DNA of 64,000 bases from Antedon mediterranea (Eukaryota; Animalia; Echinodermata): assembly GCF_964355755.1 (NCBI RefSeq), contig NC_092674.1, positions 9,238,001-9,302,000 of the forward strand, in the 5' to 3' direction. The notes beneath the pieces were generated by a model. That model was not told where the DNA came from and searched no databases. It saw only the letters and a program-made list of their open reading frames with translations. Shown one piece after another: positions 1 to 12,488 of this stretch. A program made the translations under genes and the position numbers. Position 1 is the first letter of the stretch. Every line of letters begins with the position of its first letter.

Positions 1-1879
1 TATACACTAAGAAAAAATAATAATAATAATAAAGAATGAACTTTATATCACAATTCAATTGAACGTCCAGTAAGAAATTGACCAGTTGTTTTTTATGACC
101 ATTATTAGGACCAATTAGTTTCCAAAAGAAAAACAGTTCATCTGACCTTATGAACTTTCCCATCGTAAAACCATTAAAAATTGACACATATAATTGACTG
201 ACCAATCCATCATGTATTAACTTGAGATACCATTACCCTCTATCCCGCCTTTAGTGGGAGATAGAGTGAGAATAGTTTAATTCTAATAATTAAAAACTCA
301 CTAAAAATACATTACCATAGTATCATGGTACAACCCACCATTAAAAAAAATCTTAGTTTCATAGATCTAGAAAACTCATTTCGGCCGCCTGGGAACGACC
401 AACATGAAACGCCAAAAAGGACAAATTATGGCCCAGTCTATAGAACGCCACAGAGAGAATTATGTTCATTTAAATCAGAGGTATCAGTCGCACAATGGGC
501 AAAATATACTTTTTTTGCCATTTGTATAGATTTAAAGTTATACTGTAGGCCTATTATATCCTTTTATTTTCACCGTCTAAATATGTTGGTCATAATGAAT
601 ATTTATTTAAATGTTTTTTCACATATCCCGAAAAAAGATGCGTGTGCTTTAATGTAAACATCTGTGTTGTTTTTTATGAATATGTAAAACATAAGAATAA
701 AAATGTTTTTGGCTGCATACTTGTCTAAGTAGACAAAAGTATTTCATTTATACATAAATGTATAAAGTCTAAAATAATGAAAAGAAATGTACTATACTCA
801 CCTGTGAAATAATACACACAACTTATCTGACTATTTAATGATGATAAGTCAAATTTCAGAGACCCAACCTTAGCTGCAGAGGAGGTCATGTGATACTCCT
901 TGAACTTTATAGGGGTTTAATTTCTGTGCTGCTTACAATAAAATCCAGCAACAATTGTATCAAAATGCTTGGTAGGCCTAAATTGTAGAATGTAGATCAT
1001 GTCATTCAAAGAATTCTACTACTGTACAAATAGAAATGTGTATAATACAATAGTGATGTGTATACTGTATATGTATGTGGCGGGCCGTTTATCGAGGAAA
1101 TAAATAAACGCACCCGGAGCGTTTATTCGAGGGAGGCATTCAAAGCAGGGCGTTTATTCGAATAATAAATACGGTGACTGTTACGATGTTGAATACTAGT
1201 AGCCATCAAACACAGTGTAGTAAAAGTAGAAAAGAGAATGCTGAATTTAATTAATTAAATTTTGTACTTTTTACATTTTCTGTTGATTGTTCAGCATTTA
1301 GACATGGAGACGCCCTGCATCTTGCATCATCGTCATCATCATTATTATTAAGCGTACTAAATATTATTAAGCGTATTATTGTTATTATTATTATTATTAA
1401 GCGTAGGCCCTATTGTAGTATAATTGAATTTCAGATAGATTGACAATATTATTGGAACATAAATACAAGATTTGGTGAATATATTCATAAATAGTTATTT
1501 AAATTCCCTTGTCATCTTAATATTGGTATGCGAGATGTAGACATACAGTATTTCTTTTCTGTGAGTTCGATTGAGAATTAATAAATCTACTATTACATGA
1601 TAAACCTACTGTTCAGGACTGTATATAGCCTTTTATTTTATACCTCACTCCCGACCTCACTTTAAGTAAGACAGGGATGAGTCATGACAAGCCAACATTC
1701 CTAAGAACACAAAGATATGACCTTATAGATTATTATCATGGAAACCTCTCCCCTCTCTCTTAGAAGATAATGATAATTAGCTAAAGAAACCACACTTCAC
1801 CTTACTGTGATAAAGGAAGAACACCTATTTTTTATTATACGGAATTCATGACTGAAACAATGTTTAAAGGTTTTAAAAG

Positions 1880-2139
1880 GGGTGTCTCGAAAACAGAGAC
1901 CTCGAAAACAGAGACCAGACCCACTAAGGGTCTCTGTTTTCGAGTTTTTCTAGAAAACAGAGACCCCCTATATAATGTAATATTGAGACGCTTTAGTGGG
2001 GGTCTCTGTTTTCGAGATTTTCTCAAAAACAGAGACCCCCTATATAACGTATTATTTAGACGTTTTACCCCCTATATTACGTAATATTGAGACGTTTTAG
2101 TGGGGGTCTGTTTTCGAGGTCTCTGTTTTCGAGACACCC
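1880..2139. mobile_element. Non-autonomous TIR element (Mutator-like MITE), GGGTGTC termini, 10-bp TSD
   Basis: Begins GGGTGTCTCGAAAACAGAGACCTCGAAAACAGA and ends TCTGTTTTCGAGGTCTCTGTTTTCGAGACACCC. GTTTTAAAAG lies on both sides (1870-1879, 2140-2149). Internal AAAACAGAGAC subrepeats. The Mutator assignment rests on TSD length and G..C termini. Confidence 0.85.
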
Positions 2140-2569
2140 GTTTTAAAAGCAACAGATAGGATCCACAGTCAAATGAGTAATTTAACTTTAGTTACTTGTA
2201 GTTTCAGTATTATAATTGTAGATTAGAGATTTTATTATATATTAATTAAAACCTCATCTAATCTTTGAGGCTATTAAGTTTTAAAGTAAAGTATACATTC
2301 AATTAGGCATTTCAACTAATAATGATAACGTTGATCGAATGATTTATTGATGATATTGATAGATTTATTGCATTTTATTGTTCAGAATGTTTATTGTATT
2401 ATCCTTTATAGTTTACACGTTGAAATAAAGTTTGGGAACCATCGCTCTGACCTTTGACCTTTATTTTGTTTCGACGAGTTGAACTGACTGGTGAAAATTG
2501 CGTTACCGCTGACGCGCTATACGACTCGACTTGAAACGCTAGGCTACACGCAAACAGCAACCAGTACAC

Positions 2570-3614
2570 GGGTGTCACAAAACCTAAGACCACGAAAGCT
2601 AAGACCCCCTAAGACCTAATCACGAAAGCTAAGACCCAAACCAAGACTGCAAATTATAAGATATACTACAGCTTAAAAACAATACTTGCTTATCCATACA
2701 TAATTTTAAACATAGTAGGTTTCATTTATTACCATAAATATAATTAAATACTACCGCAAAACATAGATAAATTCACATTATTTTCGCCCGTTGAGTAAAT
2801 GTATATTTTTTCTTTACAACAAACAAACTTGACTGGTAGTTTGTTGGTATATATTTACTCCATTGTGTTGGTCCAGAGGATGTTTTTCTTTCGCACCTGC
2901 CTTTCTTGTATTTTGACTCCAAATTTGTTAACTGACTTTATTCTGAATATCACACTTTAAAATTAGGACTTATATAAGAACTTTCAGGAGGAAAAACACA
3001 TAAAAGCAAATAAATAAATCATTTAAATTGATGTTTTTACAGACGTGTTTCTTAATATTGTAACTCCTCATGCTCAATGTTTTTGTTTCTATGAAGCGCC
3101 AAAAGAGCAACAATAATAGTACAAGTATAAAAACAGAAAGAAAACGAAACAAAAAAACTTATTATCATGATTTTTAATTAAAATTTATTTGCGAGTATTT
3201 ATTTATTTTAATTTTACATTGTTCCATCCACACTGTAGATGGACTCCACAGAGTTTTCAGCACTCTATATAATTTTTGCTCTTTTGACGTTCCATAGAAA
3301 CAAAAACATTGATGTGTAGGCTAGTCATGCGAAATTCTTAAACAGTATGTGTGCGAGAAAAACGTCTGTAAAATCATCAATTTTAAAAATGTAGCCTATT
3401 TTATTTGTTACTTTTTATGTGATTCTTTTTCATAAAGTGCTAATTCTAAGGTGTGCTAATTCTAAGGTGTGGTATTCAGAATAAATGTTGGGAGTTAAAA
3501 TACAAGGCAGGTGCGAAAGATAAATATTTGTAATCTTAGGTCTTGGGTCTTAGCTTTCGTGATCTTAGGTCTTAGGGGGTCTTAGCTTTCGTGGTCTTAG
3601 GTTTCGTGACACCC
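2570..3614. mobile_element. Non-autonomous foldback TIR element (Mutator-like), GGGTGTC termini, 10-bp TSD
   Basis: About 70-bp TIRs built of CTAAGACC subrepeats (GGGTGTCACAAAACCTAAGACC.../...GGTCTTAGGTTTCGTGACACCC). TSD ACCAGTACAC at 2560-2569 and 3615-3624. A second internal inverted pair lies at about 2890-3110 vs 3275-3520. Confidence 0.88.
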
Positions 3615-3955
3615 ACCAGTACACCTACTTTCTTTACCTTTGCGTTGGTCACTTACCAGCCTACAGATGATATATAATACATATGGGAATATAAGGGCAT
3701 ACTGTATATTCTAACAATACAATTAAAACCCAAGGTTGAGAGTTTGTTGTTATTTAATGCAAGATACTTGTGATTATGATTATAATAATATTATAGGCCT
3801 ATAACTAGACATAAAACTCGTCATTTTGACGAGTTAGTTATCCGCACGACAAACGCCGCGTGCATGTCATACGTTGGAATATTGCACACAAATTATGACC
3901 TGAAGTGAAGAATATGATATGTTAGTGCTGAATTCTGTCAATTTTGTGTCATATA

Positions 3956-4298
3956 TGTGAGGGTATATTTAGTCATTAATCGCGCCCTCATACTTACTTA
4001 CTCATGTTACATTTGGGGTACGGAAGAAGGCAGTGATAGTCCTGTCGTCCATGCCGTTACCATCGACGAATTAATCCTCCGACATTACTCATCTAGTCTC
4101 ATGTTTATTTGTCATACAAACTTTCATATTCTAAAGGGGTCTGAGCCGCTTTTAACCTCACTACTGTAGAGGGGCTGTGTTGGTTTAATTAATTTACATT
4201 TTAACTTCTGATTTGTTTCCTTAATAATATTTATTAAATTATAATAGGCCTAAATAGTATTTTAAAACAGCTTTGGTTGAATCAAGTTGATCGTTTTA
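3956..4298 (+). repeat. Truncated 5' LTR
   Basis: Matches 7166-7510 with only a handful of differences, then stops abruptly at GATCGTTTTA and joins RT coding sequence. Confidence 0.9.
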
Positions 4299-7080
4299 TG
4301 AACTCGCAAACCGTACGGGACGCTTTTCCATTACAGAGGATAGAAGAAAGCCTTGATTCTCTTGCCAACGCAAAATATTTCTCGAGTCTTGACTTAACGT
4401 CGGGGTACCTCCAAATCCAGATGGACCATAATGACCAGCACAAGACGGCATTCACTACACCCTTTGGTTTGTTTGAATATACCAGGATTCTGTTTGGACT
4501 CATGAACGCCCCTGCAACGTTTCAGCGTCTGATGAACACTGTTTTTTGCGACCTTAATTTTACCGACATTTTACTCTATTTAGATGACATTATTGTTTTT
4601 AGTAAAACGGTCGAAGAACATGAAGAGAAGCTTCAAAAAGTGTTTGATAGGCTTCGCACGCATGGCCTTAAGCTGAAGAGGTCCAAATGTGAATTCTTCA
4701 AGAAAGAAGTCCAATACCTTGGACATCGTGTTTCAGCAGATGGAGTGAAAACCGACCCAGAAAAAGTAGCAGCGGTAGAGAACTGGCCGGTTCCGAACGG
4801 TAGAAAAGAGGTACGCCGCTTCCTTGGGTTTACTGGTTATTACCGACGTTTCATAAAAGACTACGCAAGGATCGCCAGACCTCTATTTAATCTTCTTGAA
4901 GGCGACACAAAACGTACTAAAGGCGGTAAACAGCGGACGGAAACAATATACGACGCCATTTCAATGGAACTCGGACGCACAACGCAGCTTCGAAATCATT
5001 CGTAATAACATCAAGTCCGCTCCTATTCTCGCTTATGCCGATTTTACACTTCCTTTTGTTTTACAAATGCTTCTATTGACGGTCTGGGTGCAGTCCTGGC
5101 ACAGGTCCAGAATGGTAAAGAGAGAGTGATAGCATTTGCCAGTCGGTCATTATCAGATTCAGAGAAGAGTAACCCAGCGCATAAATTAGAATTTAAGGCT
5201 TTACATTGGGCGGCGACTGACAAGTTTCGAGATTATGTGTATGGGAACGATGTTACTGCGGTCACTGACAACAATCCTTTAACTTATGTATTGGGAAAAG
5301 CAAAACTAGACGCTCATGGTCAACGATGGGTCAACGACCTTTCACAATGCAACATTAACATTATCTATCGTCCGGGACGTAAAAACGACAACGCCGATGC
5401 ACTATCGAGAATTCCATGCGAAACAGTGAAGAATGTATTAGGTAACTGTCTACGACGAGAAGATACGGAAGAAAGTTGTTTATTGCCACCGTCAAATAAT
5501 TCACAAATTATCAATAATGGGACAGCCCTACAGGTATCTTTGGCACACGAGGAAATTAAACGGGGACAGAAGAGAAACAAGATCACGTCCAGAGTAATAG
5601 CGTTACTTGAGAGTGAGGATAAGCCGAGTGATCGGCGTATGCAACAAGAATCCCGGCAAGTGCGGAATATTTTATCAAAGTGGGATAATCTAAAATTCGA
5701 CAATGGAGTACTAGTATTTGATGACCCCGAGTCCCAATCTCAACACACACGATTCATATTACCTGTTACTACTGCCCGGATGAAATTAATTCGACAGTCG
5801 CATGATATAATGGGTCATCAAGGCTTTGAAAGAACTCTCGATTTAGTTCGACGGCGTTGTTTCTGGCCAGGATTAAGAGGAGAGGTCCGCGAATACATCA
5901 ACCAATGTGAAAGATGTGTGCTTAGAAAGACCGCAGAACCCAAGGCTAGAGCTCCTTTAAATAATATACTGTAGTAACCGACCGACCACTCGAATTAGTT
6001 TGCATCGACTTCTTAACAGTTGAAACGTCACGTGGGGGCATAGAAGATGTACTAGTTTTGACAGACCACTTCACAAGATACGCCCAAGCATATCCAACGA
6101 CCAATCAGACGGCGCGCACTGTCGCAAAAACATTATGGAAACAGTTTTTTATTCATTATGGTCTACCAGAGCGAATTCACAGCGACCAGAGAAAATGCTT
6201 TGAATCAAACCTTGTACGCGAGCTTTGTCATATGTTAGGCATTGATAAAAGCCGAACGACCCCATATCACCCACAGGGAAACGGAATGACAGAACGGTTT
6301 AACAGCACCCTTTTGAACCTTTTAGGTACTTTGGAACCACAAGACAAATCCAACTGGGTGGAACACATAGAAGGCTTGACACATGCTTATAACTGTACAC
6401 AACATTCCGCTACCGGATATTCTCCGTTCTTTTTAATGTTTGGGCGTGAACCACGTATACCAGCAGATGTGACGTTGGGTATTATCGACAGCGATGATAA
6501 CCTACAAGATAAACTATGGCACTTCAGATTATGTAACGCACTTACGCGAGACTTTGCAAGACGCCTACCAGGCCGCACAAACCCAAGCAGAAGAGTCCAG
6601 AAAGAAACAGAAGGCAATGTATGATAAGAAAGCTCGTGACAATTCCTTACCAGTTGGAAGCAGGGTAGTAGTTGCTAACAAAAATCTGCGTGGAAGACGA
6701 AAGATTGCTGATAGGTGGGAAAATAATGTTTATATCATTGTCCATCGGATGGCAGATCAACCAGTCTACAGATTACGTTTAGAAGATGGAAATAAGAAAG
6801 GACCGTCCATCGCAATTTAATAATTCCGTGTCCGTTTGGGGAAGGTCCGATCGACGATGGAATAGAAAGTGATGAAGAAGCAGAAAAGGCTTACTCTATC
6901 GTTCCTCCACCACTTGAATTTGATTCAGACACCTTAGTCAATGCACCTACAGAGCACAACGTATTGGAAAATAGATATAATCTGAGGAGAGTAGTTCGAC
7001 CCCCAGCACGCTTTGGCGAGTGGGAGAAGATTAAGGGTATTAATGAACAACACTCAGTTATGCTAGAAACTCTTGTGTAA
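4299..7080 (+). pseudogene. pol: Gypsy pol (RT, RNase H, integrase), broken by frameshifts and stops
   Basis: RT motifs YFSSLDLTSGY, KTAFTTPFGLFEY, FGLMNAPATFQRLM, YLDDI. RNase H motifs IAFASRSL, LEFKALHWA, TDNNPLTY. Integrase HHCC (H..MGHQG...CERC) and core (DHFTRYAQAYP, HSDQ, TTPYHPQGNGMTERFN). Split over ORFs 4277-5005, 4896-5129, 5126-5974, 6058-6624 and 6494-6820. Confidence 0.93.
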
Positions 7081-7165
7081 ATTTGGTTAGTTTCTGTATT
7101 ATTACTTACTTATTATATTGATTATTTTATTTGTTGGGGACAACAATAACAAACTGGGGGAAATG

Positions 7166-7773
7166 TGTGAGGGTATATTTTAGTCATTAATCGCGCCCTC
7201 ATACTTACTTACTCATGTTACATTTGGGGTACGGAAGAAGGCAGTGATAGTCCTGTCGTCCATGCCGTTACCATCGACGAATTAATCCTCCGACATCACT
7301 CATCTAGTCTCATGTTTATTTGTCATAAAAACTTTCATATTCTAAAGGGGTCTGAGCCGCTTTTAACCTCACTACTGTAGAGGGGCTGTGTTGGTTTAAT
7401 TAATTTACATTTTAACTTCTGATTTGTTTCCTTAATAATATTGATTAAATTATAATAGGCCTAAATAGCATTTTAAAACAGCTTTGGTTGAAATCAAGTT
7501 GATCGTTTTATTGATTGCGTTTAATATCTGACATCTGTTTATTATTGTTAAACTTACTTATATTCCGTCTTTTGTCATTTTGTAATACTTATACGGCCAT
7601 TTTGTGATAATAGCAAATGTTGTAAAAATAATAATAATTGTGACCTTGAAACTAAATTCTAAACTTAACAATAAAATACATAGTTGCATTCATTTATAGT
7701 CTCCTTTTCTGTCTGTCCAGTGTTTGAACTAGAACCTTCATTATTAAACTCAGTCTTATTCGCTTCTCCCACA
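7166..7773 (+). repeat. 3' LTR (about 608 bp)
   Basis: TG...CA ends, preceded by a purine tract, with AATAAA near 7670. Confidence 0.85.
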
Positions 7774-9626
7774 TATTTATCGCTTCTACTAAATTATTAC
7801 CCATTGGACGAGTTCCGACGGTGACATATAGTATATACAGTATAAACAGTATAATATTATATACATATTACATACAGTGTAGAATAGGTGAAATTACGGG
7901 ACCCGCCATTTATTCCTATTTTTAACATGGCGACGGTATCAAAATGAAACACTAAGATAGCAATTTCGGAAGGAAATTATCTCAGCAACAACATATTAAC
8001 GTGTAGAAGAAATTTGAATACGTAAAATATAGATGCGCGCTTTTAAATGTGATGAACTATGACGCAAAAGATGAAAATACGACTTTTTTTATTCAGCTGG
8101 CCATAAGATGACGTCACAACATCTGATTGGCAAAATTTGTATATGAATTCTACAAAAATAGCTTCCAGAAAACGTTTTAATCATGATTATCACTTTTTAT
8201 TCCGACGAGCTATAACAGATTGAAATTTACTGTATAGATGAAAATAAGTGACTCACGTTATTTACATTTTGATGACGTCATAAAAATTAAAATATTTTTA
8301 AATCATGCGAAAGATAGTTGATTGACCTAGACATTATTAAAATCTCGTGAAAAATGGAATACGGATAAGCGAGTTGCGCTCTACTGAATGTGATGAGCAA
8401 TAACGAAACAGACAAATATTCTATATTTTATTTTCCAGTGGCCATACGATGACGTCACAATGTTTGTTTAACCTTATTGATGCATGATCCGATATCTACA
8501 ACTCATCAACTTTTAGATTTTGTAATAAAAATAAACGGTTCTCTTTAGAAACTATGACTGTTTAAAAAAAGACATTATTTTGACGATTTTTTTAGCTTTT
8601 TCATAAAAAACGCGCGCGAATTGTCTAATTTAACGTGTTCGTATGGCGTTATTTTAAGTGCAAAAGGTCTAAATTGTTTTCAAAATTACTAGGAAAGGCT
8701 TGAAAAATATAATTCAAGAGAAAAAAATATGTTTTTAACGCTAGGTGCGCACCACGCGCGTAAAAAATTGCGCGCCCGTGGGAATTTTTGACATGCTCTA
8801 AATGACAAGAAACGCGTAAAAAGTTGATTAGAAATTTTAAATGCGCGTGCGCGCGTAACTTCTTGTGAAACATGACATTTTTAATCCGTAGAAAGTTTGC
8901 AATTGATATGACTTAAATTTTCAAAGTGTCAATACAAAATGACTTTTTGCGAAAAAGAAAGAAGAACGTATACAGAAAAAAAAAATTGATCCAATACAAT
9001 CACAAGGAGTTAAACTAATAAATCTTTATTTTAAAACAGAGGCTCGTTCACAACAAAATGTTCTTCCACGAGGCCGTATGAAAGAAATAAAACTACTTTA
9101 ATATCAAAGTTTATCAAACTGATGAACAAACAAGAAAATTATACATTGAACTAGATTTGAACTCGTCACTTTGACGAGTTCGGGTTATCCGCGCAAACGC
9201 AACATGCACATACTTAACCATATGAACCTCGACAATTATTATGCCATCCTATGACATGAAATAAATATGTTTACAGTGCTGAATTGTACCTATTATGTAG
9301 CATACATCATATTACAGTATTTTACAGAATAAACTGTATGTTATATACAGTGTAGCATAGACAAAATTACAAGACCCATCTTTTAAATCCAATTATTAAC
9401 ACGACGATGTCATCAAATTGACATATGAAGATAACAATTTTAGAAGATAATTATCTAAATAATTACATTAAAACAAATTTGAAGAATTTTGGGCATGTAA
9501 AAGTGAGATGCGCTCTATTTAATGTGATGAGCAATAACGAAAGAGTAAAAAATCCTATATTTTACATTCGTGTGGCCATACGTTGACGTAATAACATCCG
9601 AGAGGTAAACATTCTGCATGAATTCA

Positions 9627-12488
9627 TCTATATATAAATTTACGTAAGGGCAAAATTCGGTAAATCGCGCGTTATTTCTAGAATGTTTACTCGATGGTAT
9701 ATAAAGTTGGTTCGTACTTTCGGTACTGATTTTAACCATCAGATGTAACCCTGTTTACTAATTAAATTGAGTTCGATATAGTTATTGACGATTAAAACGA
9801 ATTTAGGTTCAACGATTTGCCCCAAATAGGTGTGTTTTTCGATCGTGGTTTACACAGTCTAATGGATGTCCGTCTTGAAAAATACCCGCAGACAATAATA
9901 CGAGGATGCTTCGCATTTTCCTATCTCCTCCTACGATAATTGTTTTTAATGGCTGAAAACCGGTTGAACAGCTCGAGTACAGCATCATAATGTTGAAGAC
10001 AGGCCGATTTTTTTAAAAAAATACTATTTTGATAGATTTAATATACGTTTATACAAATGTATTGATTTGCGATGAATGGAACATTCCAATCTCTGTTCCA
10101 CAAGTGTCTATTCCCTCAGGCGTCGTAAAGGCAAGTACTGTATACTCATAACAGAAATTCGATCCATTTTTTTTTCAACCAACCCAACCATTTCAATCTG
10201 TGCTGCAGAGGTTGGATATACATTTTTTAAACAGATAATGAGCTAGCGCTTTCACTCGCCGTATATTATGTACACATCTTTATTATTGCAGTTAAACCAC
10301 CCACATCATCGCCCTTCCCTCACTGGCATGAGTAGCGTTGTAAAACCAGTAGTACATCACATGCCCTAAACGCAGAACAACTTCGGAGGGTAGGGTAGGA
10401 ACCAACTTAAGTATGAATTGGCTCTAAGAAACAACTGAAAACCATTATGCCTACTAATTAAGTTGAGTTAGATAATTTAATATTTATTGACCATTAAATC
10501 GAATTTATGATTTTGCCCGAATAGAGGTGGTTTTCACAAATTGTTTTAAACTAGATGGTACGCTCGCTTCGCTCGCGTACCATCTAGGTCGTGCCCACAG
10601 ATGGTTCTCGAATACATAATAATTTCAGCGTTAAAAAACTGGCGATTTCAAATGTACGTATCGCAGGACAAATACATGTCGTTTACAGGAACGAATAAAT
10701 AGACAATGTGATTTATGTACTCAACTAAAATTAGCACCCTGGGAATTAATTCCGAAAGAGAAACTTGTCACAAAATGAGACCAATTGTTTAAGTCAAATT
10801 TAAACAAACTTAATTTGTGTTTTGTATGTGAAGAGGATGGGTGCAAAGAGGAAAAATTAAATATATTCTTTATCTATTTAGTAACGAAATATTAATTGTT
10901 TTCATGTTTTACAAATAATATACCACTAAACACAGTAAAACATTGCGATGTAATACTTTGTTGAAACTATCACCGTCCAAGTCGATTGAAATAGTACAGT
11001 ACATGTAACGATACATCACTACGACGTGTATATGTTTATATAATGTAAAACAATTTGTGAAAACCACCTCTATTCGGGAAAAATCATAAATTCGATGTAA
11101 TCGTCAATAAATATTAAATTATCTAACTCAACTTAATAAGTAGGCCTAATGGTTTTCAATTTTTTCTTAGAGCCAATTCATACTTAAGTTGGTTCCTACC
11201 CTACCCACCAAAGTTGTTCTGCGTTAGGGCATGTGATGTACCGTAGGCCTATCCTCTACTGGTTTTACAACGCTACTCATGCCAGTGAGAGAAGGGTGAT
11301 GATGTGGGTGGTTTAATTGCAATAATAAAGATTTGTACATAATATACGGCGAGTGAAAACTCTAGCTCATTATCCGTTTAAAAAAATGTATATCCAACCA
11401 CTGCACAGATTGAAAAAAAAAATGGATCGAATTTCTGTTATGAGTATACAGCACTTGCCTTTACGACGCCTGAGGGAATAAACACTTGAGGAACAGAGAT
11501 TGGAATGTTCCATTCATCGCAAATCAATACATTTGTATAAACGTATATTAAATCTATCAAAATAGTATTTTTTTAAGAAAATCGGCCTGTCTTCAACATT
11601 ATGATGCTGTACTCGAGCTGTTCAACCGGTTTTCAGCCATTAAAAACAATTATCGTAGGAGGAGATAGGAAAATGCGAAGCATCCTCGTATTATTGTCTG
11701 CGGGTATTTTTCAAGACGGACATCCATTAGACAGTGTATACCACGATCGAAAAATACCCCTATTTGGGGCAAATCGTTGAACCTAAATTCGTTTTAATCG
11801 TCAATAACTAATTATCGAACTCAATTTAATTAGTAAACAGGGTTACATCAGGTGGTTAAAATCAGTACCGAAAGTACGAACCAACTTTATATACCATCGA
11901 GTAAACATTCTAGAAATAAGGCGCGATTTACCGAATTTTGCCCTTACGTAAATTTATATATAGATTATATAAACATATTATACACGTCGTAGTGATGTAT
12001 CGTTACATGTACTATACTATTTCAATCGACTAGGACGGTGATAGTTTCAACAAAGTATTAAATCGCAATGTTTTACTGTGTATAGTGGTATATTATTTGT
12101 AAAACATGAAAACAATTAATATTTCGTTACTAAATGGATAAAGAATATATTTAAAAATTGTTCTTCTTTGCACCCATCCTCTTCCCCATCTCTCAACCCT
12201 AAATGTTACATAAAAAACAAAAATTAAGTTTGTTTAAATTTGACTTAAACAATTTGTCTCATTTTGTGACAAGTTTCTCTTTCGGAAGTAATTCCCAGGG
12301 TGCTAATTTTAGTTGAGTACATAAATCACAGTGTCTATTTATTCGTTCCTGTAAACGACATGTATTATTGTCCTGCGGTACGTACATTTGAAATCGCCAG
12401 TTCTTTAACGCTGAAATTATTATGTATTCGAGAACCATCTGTGGGCACGACCTAGATGGTACGCGAGCGAAGCGAGCGTACCATCTAG
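9627..12488 (+). mobile_element. Non-autonomous Helitron (outer copy, about 1.45 kb net)
   Basis: 5' end A|TCTATATATAAA. 3' end is the hairpin GGTACGCGAGCGAAGCGAGCGTACC followed by ATCTAG|T. No TSD; inserted between A and T. Confidence 0.88.
10551..11964 (-). mobile_element. Non-autonomous Helitron (inner copy of the same family, antisense)
   Basis: Reverse complement of 9627-10550 joined to 11965-12488. Its CTAG end is at 10551 and its TC start at 11963-11964. Inserted at an A|T site of the outer copy. Confidence 0.88.

Larger units (their letters stand above)
3956..7773 (+). mobile_element. Gypsy/Ty3 LTR retrotransposon, internally deleted and frameshifted
   Basis: The 5' LTR remnant 3956-4298 is near-identical to the 3' LTR 7166-7773 (TGTGAGGG...CTCCCACA). 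Purine tract GGGGGAAATG precedes the 3' LTR. Domain order is RT-RNaseH-integrase. Flanks are TATA / TATT. Confidence 0.93.
3805..8960 (-). mobile_element. Helentron-associated non-autonomous element (HINE-like), copy A, interrupted by the Gypsy element
   Basis: The minus-strand end reads hairpin CTCGTCAAAATGACGAG then ...CTAG|T. 3805-3955 plus 7774-8960 is collinear with copy B (9151-13010), e.g. the shared AAATGCGCGTGCGCGCGTAACTTCTTGTGAAACATG. Right boundary is approximate. Confidence 0.65.

Noticed and set aside
325-657. 110-aa ORF and other short isolated ORFs in AT-rich DNA
   Set aside because: No recognisable domain and a composition typical of non-coding DNA.
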